A DNA stretch of 61,764 bases, counting the filler, from Actinomycetota bacterium (GTDB taxonomy: Bacteria > Actinomycetota > CADDZG01 > JAHWKV01 > JAOPZY01): NCBI GenBank assembly GCA_025963875.1. It is 7 parts of 7 records of this genome, joined end to end, with 100 filler letters (N's around TTAATTAATTAA, not from the genome) between each part and the next. Parts side by side here need not be neighbours in the genome. Positions count along the whole stretch, not along the records: positions 59,214 to 61,764 come from JAOPZY010000203.1; 6 more parts are not named here. One strand, 5' to 3'. Position 1 is the stretch's first letter. Each line of letters begins with the position of its first letter. The position numbers and the translations under genes are program-made. Below are positions 59,423 through 61,764 of the stretch, in pieces. The notes beneath the pieces were generated by a model, which saw only the letters and a list, made by a program, of their open reading frames with translations, did no database searches and was not told the DNA's origin.

Positions 59423-60288
59423 GCGCTCCGGACCTCGGCCAGGAACTCGTCCGGGCGGTTCGTCACCTTGTCCCACGTGGCGTGGATGACGCCGAGCCCC
59501 AGGGCGGTGAGGAGGTTGCGCCGGTCCAGGTCGTGCTGCCAGTCGAGCTTGGAGGAGTGGTTCGCCCGGCCGTCGGACTCGATGACAACCGGCGAGCCCA
59601 CCAGCTTGAAATCGACCCGGGCCACGAAGTTGCCTTTGTCGTCGGTCACCACGAACTCCTCGACGAACTCGATGCCGGCCCGGATCAGCAGCCGCCGCGT
59701 GGCGGCCTGCAATTCCGACGAGGGCTGGTAGTCGGGGTCCCGCTCGTTCACCAGCCGCCGCAGCACCCCGGCGCCGCGATCCCGGTCCACGGCCTCGCGG
59801 AGCGAAGTCATCGACACGAGGCCCTTCCGCAAAAGCTCGTCGAGCAACTGGTTGCCGCGCTTAAGGCTGATGATCGTGACCGCATCCCGCAGTGTGCGGA
59901 AGGCATTGGTCACCGGGATGCCGAGCTTGCTCGTGGTGAATGCGGGGTCCACGAGGATCCGGTGAACCTTGAAGGCGGTCCCTGTCCGGTTCTGCTTGAG
60001 CGCTGAGATCTCAAGGGGACCGGGACCAAAGCCAGCGAAGCCCCATAGTGCCGCAGCCGACCGGTACGAAGCCACGGCCCCCTCGCCGCCCCAGAGCTTC
60101 GCGGCCATCAGATCCTGCTCCCAGCACCGGCGGGCTCCAGTAACCCGGTAGACACTGGGGAGCACTTCTTTCAGCGATCCCTTCCTGAGCCGCCACCAAA
60201 TACCGTCGTCCGTGAGACCGGATTGGAGTATTTGAGCCCGAGTGATCAGGCCATATTGCTTCGAAGCCTTCGCCATCCACTGCTCCAC
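59404..60288 (-). CDS. AbiEi-like N-terminal wHTH plus C-terminal DUF559/Vsr-like PD-(D/E)XK nuclease domain protein
   Basis: ASKQYGLITRAQ, SYRSAAALWG, IPVT...TLRD, ARVDF, VIESDG, DLDRRNLL..LG..VIH.TW. Confidence 0.85.
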   Translation of the reverse strand: MEQWMAKASKQYGLITRAQILQSGLTDDGIWWRLRKGSLKEVLPSVYRVTGARRCWEQDLMAAKLWGGEGAVASYRSAAALWGFAGFGPGPLEISALKQNRTGTAFKVHRILVDPAFTTSKLGIPVTNAFRTLRDAVTIISLKRGNQLLDELLRKGLVSMTSLREAVDRDRGAGVLRRLVNERDPDYQPSSELQAATRRLLIRAGIEFVEEFVVTDDKGNFVARVDFKLVGSPVVIESDGRANHSSKLDWQHDLDRRNLLTALGLGVIHATWDKVTNRPDEFLAEVRSAQARRT

Positions 60289-60304
60289 AACATGATTCTA
60301 AGCA

Positions 60305-60349
60305 TCTGTGAGCATCTCACCGCGTAGAGCGCGGTCAAATGCTCACAGA
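60305..60349. repeat. 45-bp palindromic repeat in the promoter of the AbiEi/DUF559 gene
   Basis: TCTGTGAGCA-TCTCACCGCG-TAGAG-CGCGGTCAAA-TGCTCACAGA; minus-strand -10 TAGAAT at 60300-60295. Confidence 0.85.
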
Positions 60350-61764
60350 ATCTCCCCACGCGCCGCCGCCCGGGGTCTGGACCGAGATGATGTCGTGTTT
60401 GCGGGCTTCGAGGGTCACCTTGTCGGGGAGTTCGGTCTCGGTGCCGTCCCGCAGGAGCAGGTTGCGGCCCGGGGCGCCGGGGCCACCGCCCGAGAGGCCC
60501 CACGGGCCACGCCGGCGGCGGTCGGTCTGCAGCGAGACGGTCGCCGAGTCGCAGAGGACCTCCACGTCGCGGCGGATCCCCATGCCGCCGGGCCAGCGGC
60601 CCTCGCCGCCGGTGCCGGCGCGCAGCTCGTAGCGGCGGACCCGCAGCGGGTAGGCGTACTCGAGGGCCTCGGCGGGGGTGTTCTTCGTGTTCGTCATGCC
60701 GGTGTGGACGCCGTCCATGCCGGCGAGGCCCGGCCGCCCGCCCTGGCCGCCGCCGATGGTCTCGTAGTAGGCGAACGTCGGGCCGCCGACGATGAGGTTG
60801 TTCATCGTCCCCTGGGACGCTGCCGGTATCCGGTCGGGCATGGCCTGGGCAAGGGCGCCGAAGATCACGTCGACGATGCGCTGGGACGTCTCGACGTTGC
60901 CGGCCGAGACGGCGGCCGGTGACAGGGCGTTGACGACGCTGCCGGGCGGGGCGACGACGGTGACCGGCCGCATGCCGCCAGCGGTCGGGGGGATGTCCGG
61001 CCCGGTGAGAGCCCGCACGACGAAGGTCACCGCCGAAACGGTCACGGCGAGGGGGGCGTTGACGTTGCCGTGGGCCTGGGGGTCGGTCCCGGTGAAGTCC
61101 ACCGAAAGCTCGTCGCCGTGGATGCGCACGGTCGCCGCGATGCGGACGGGACCCGACCCGGCGCCGTCGGAGTCGAGGAAGTCCTCGAAGGACCACTCGC
61201 CGTCGGGCAGCGCCTCGATGCCGGCCCGGACCGCGCGCTCGCTGTAGTCGATCAGTCCCTCCATGGCTTCGGTGAGCGCATCCGGGCCCATGCGGCGGGC
61301 GAGGGCCCGCAGCCTGACGGCCCCGGTGGCGTTGGCGCCGGCCTGCGCGAGGAGGTCCCCCCAGCGCTCGGCGGGCGCCCGCGAGTTGGCGGCGATGACC
61401 TTCAGGATGGTGTCCTGGGGCACGCCGCGCCGCCAGGCCAGCACGGGCGGGAGCCGGAGCCCCTCCTGATAGACGTCGGTCGAGTCGCCGGGCATGCTGC
61501 CGGGGACCTTGCCGCCGACGTCGGCGTGGTGGGCGCGGTTGGCGACGAAGCCGAGAAGGACCTGGCCGTCGAAGACGGGCGAGACGAGGGTAAGGTCGTT
61601 GAGGTGCGTGCCGCCGGCGAAGGGGTCGTTGAGGAGTACGGCGTGGCCCTCCTCCATGAAGGGGAACTCCTCCAGCGCCGCGGCCACGCTGGCCGGCATC
61701 GCGCCGAGGTGGACGGGGATGTGCTCGGCCTGGCCGCACATCTCGCCGGCCGGCGTCATGAGGG
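60335..61764 (-). CDS. Hydantoinase B/oxoprolinase family protein (5' end beyond the window)
   Basis: QAEHIPVHLGAM, NDPFAGGTHLND, RAHHADVGG, NVETSQR, YYETIGGG, HTGMTNT, TPGGG. Confidence 0.93.
   Translation of the reverse strand, partial: LMTPAGEMCGQAEHIPVHLGAMPASVAAALEEFPFMEEGHAVLLNDPFAGGTHLNDLTLVSPVFDGQVLLGFVANRAHHADVGGKVPGSMPGDSTDVYQEGLRLPPVLAWRRGVPQDTILKVIAANSRAPAERWGDLLAQAGANATGAVRLRALARRMGPDALTEAMEGLIDYSERAVRAGIEALPDGEWSFEDFLDSDGAGSGPVRIAATVRIHGDELSVDFTGTDPQAHGNVNAPLAVTVSAVTFVVRALTGPDIPPTAGGMRPVTVVAPPGSVVNALSPAAVSAGNVETSQRIVDVIFGALAQAMPDRIPAASQGTMNNLIVGGPTFAYYETIGGGQGGRPGLAGMDGVHTGMTNTKNTPAEALEYAYPLRVRRYELRAGTGGEGRWPGGMGIRRDVEVLCDSATVSLQTDRRRRGPWGLSGGGPGAPGRNLLLRDGTETELPDKVTLEARKHDIISVQTPGGGAWGDSVSI

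Noticed and set aside
59404..60288. Complete AbiE type IV toxin-antitoxin or defence system
   Set aside because: No AbiEii nucleotidyltransferase gene is adjacent; both neighbours are metabolic or housekeeping genes.

Overview
High-GC DNA from an Actinomycetota-like bacterium, probably a metagenome assembly. It consists of seven contig pieces joined by artificial 100-nt N/TTAATTAATTAA/N linkers, so adjacency across the linkers means nothing. Most of the window is housekeeping or envelope genes: pspA, two L,D-transpeptidases, a class A PBP, a Ser/Thr kinase, rnz, tatC, zinc-ribbon/RNase HI/rnpB, ridA, an FtsH-like protease, thyX, an MprAB-like two-component system, oligoendopeptidase F, ispG and argD-argF-argR-argG. 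One short contig (14.8-18.9 kb) is a decayed island with a tRNA-Pro 3' remnant and a Tn3 transposase relic. The main signals that the ORF track does not explain are: (1) a dispersed family of ~45-bp palindromes with compensatory stem changes, one copy of which sits in the promoter of a lone AbiEi-HTH/DUF559 nuclease gene; (2) a Bcp-type peroxiredoxin missing from the ORF track, whose catalytic codon is TGA followed by a SECIS-like hairpin (a probable selenoprotein); (3) a transposase-less TnpB-like element with imperfect terminal inverted repeats and a LexA box inside its promoter; (4) a second dispersed repeat (GAGGCGCCCCTCAAGGCGCCGGATC) that has also entered a coding sequence in frame; (5) a histidine kinase fused to a STAND ATPase/TPR module; (6) a candidate small RNA with its own promoter. 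All calls were made by eye and no database search was run.
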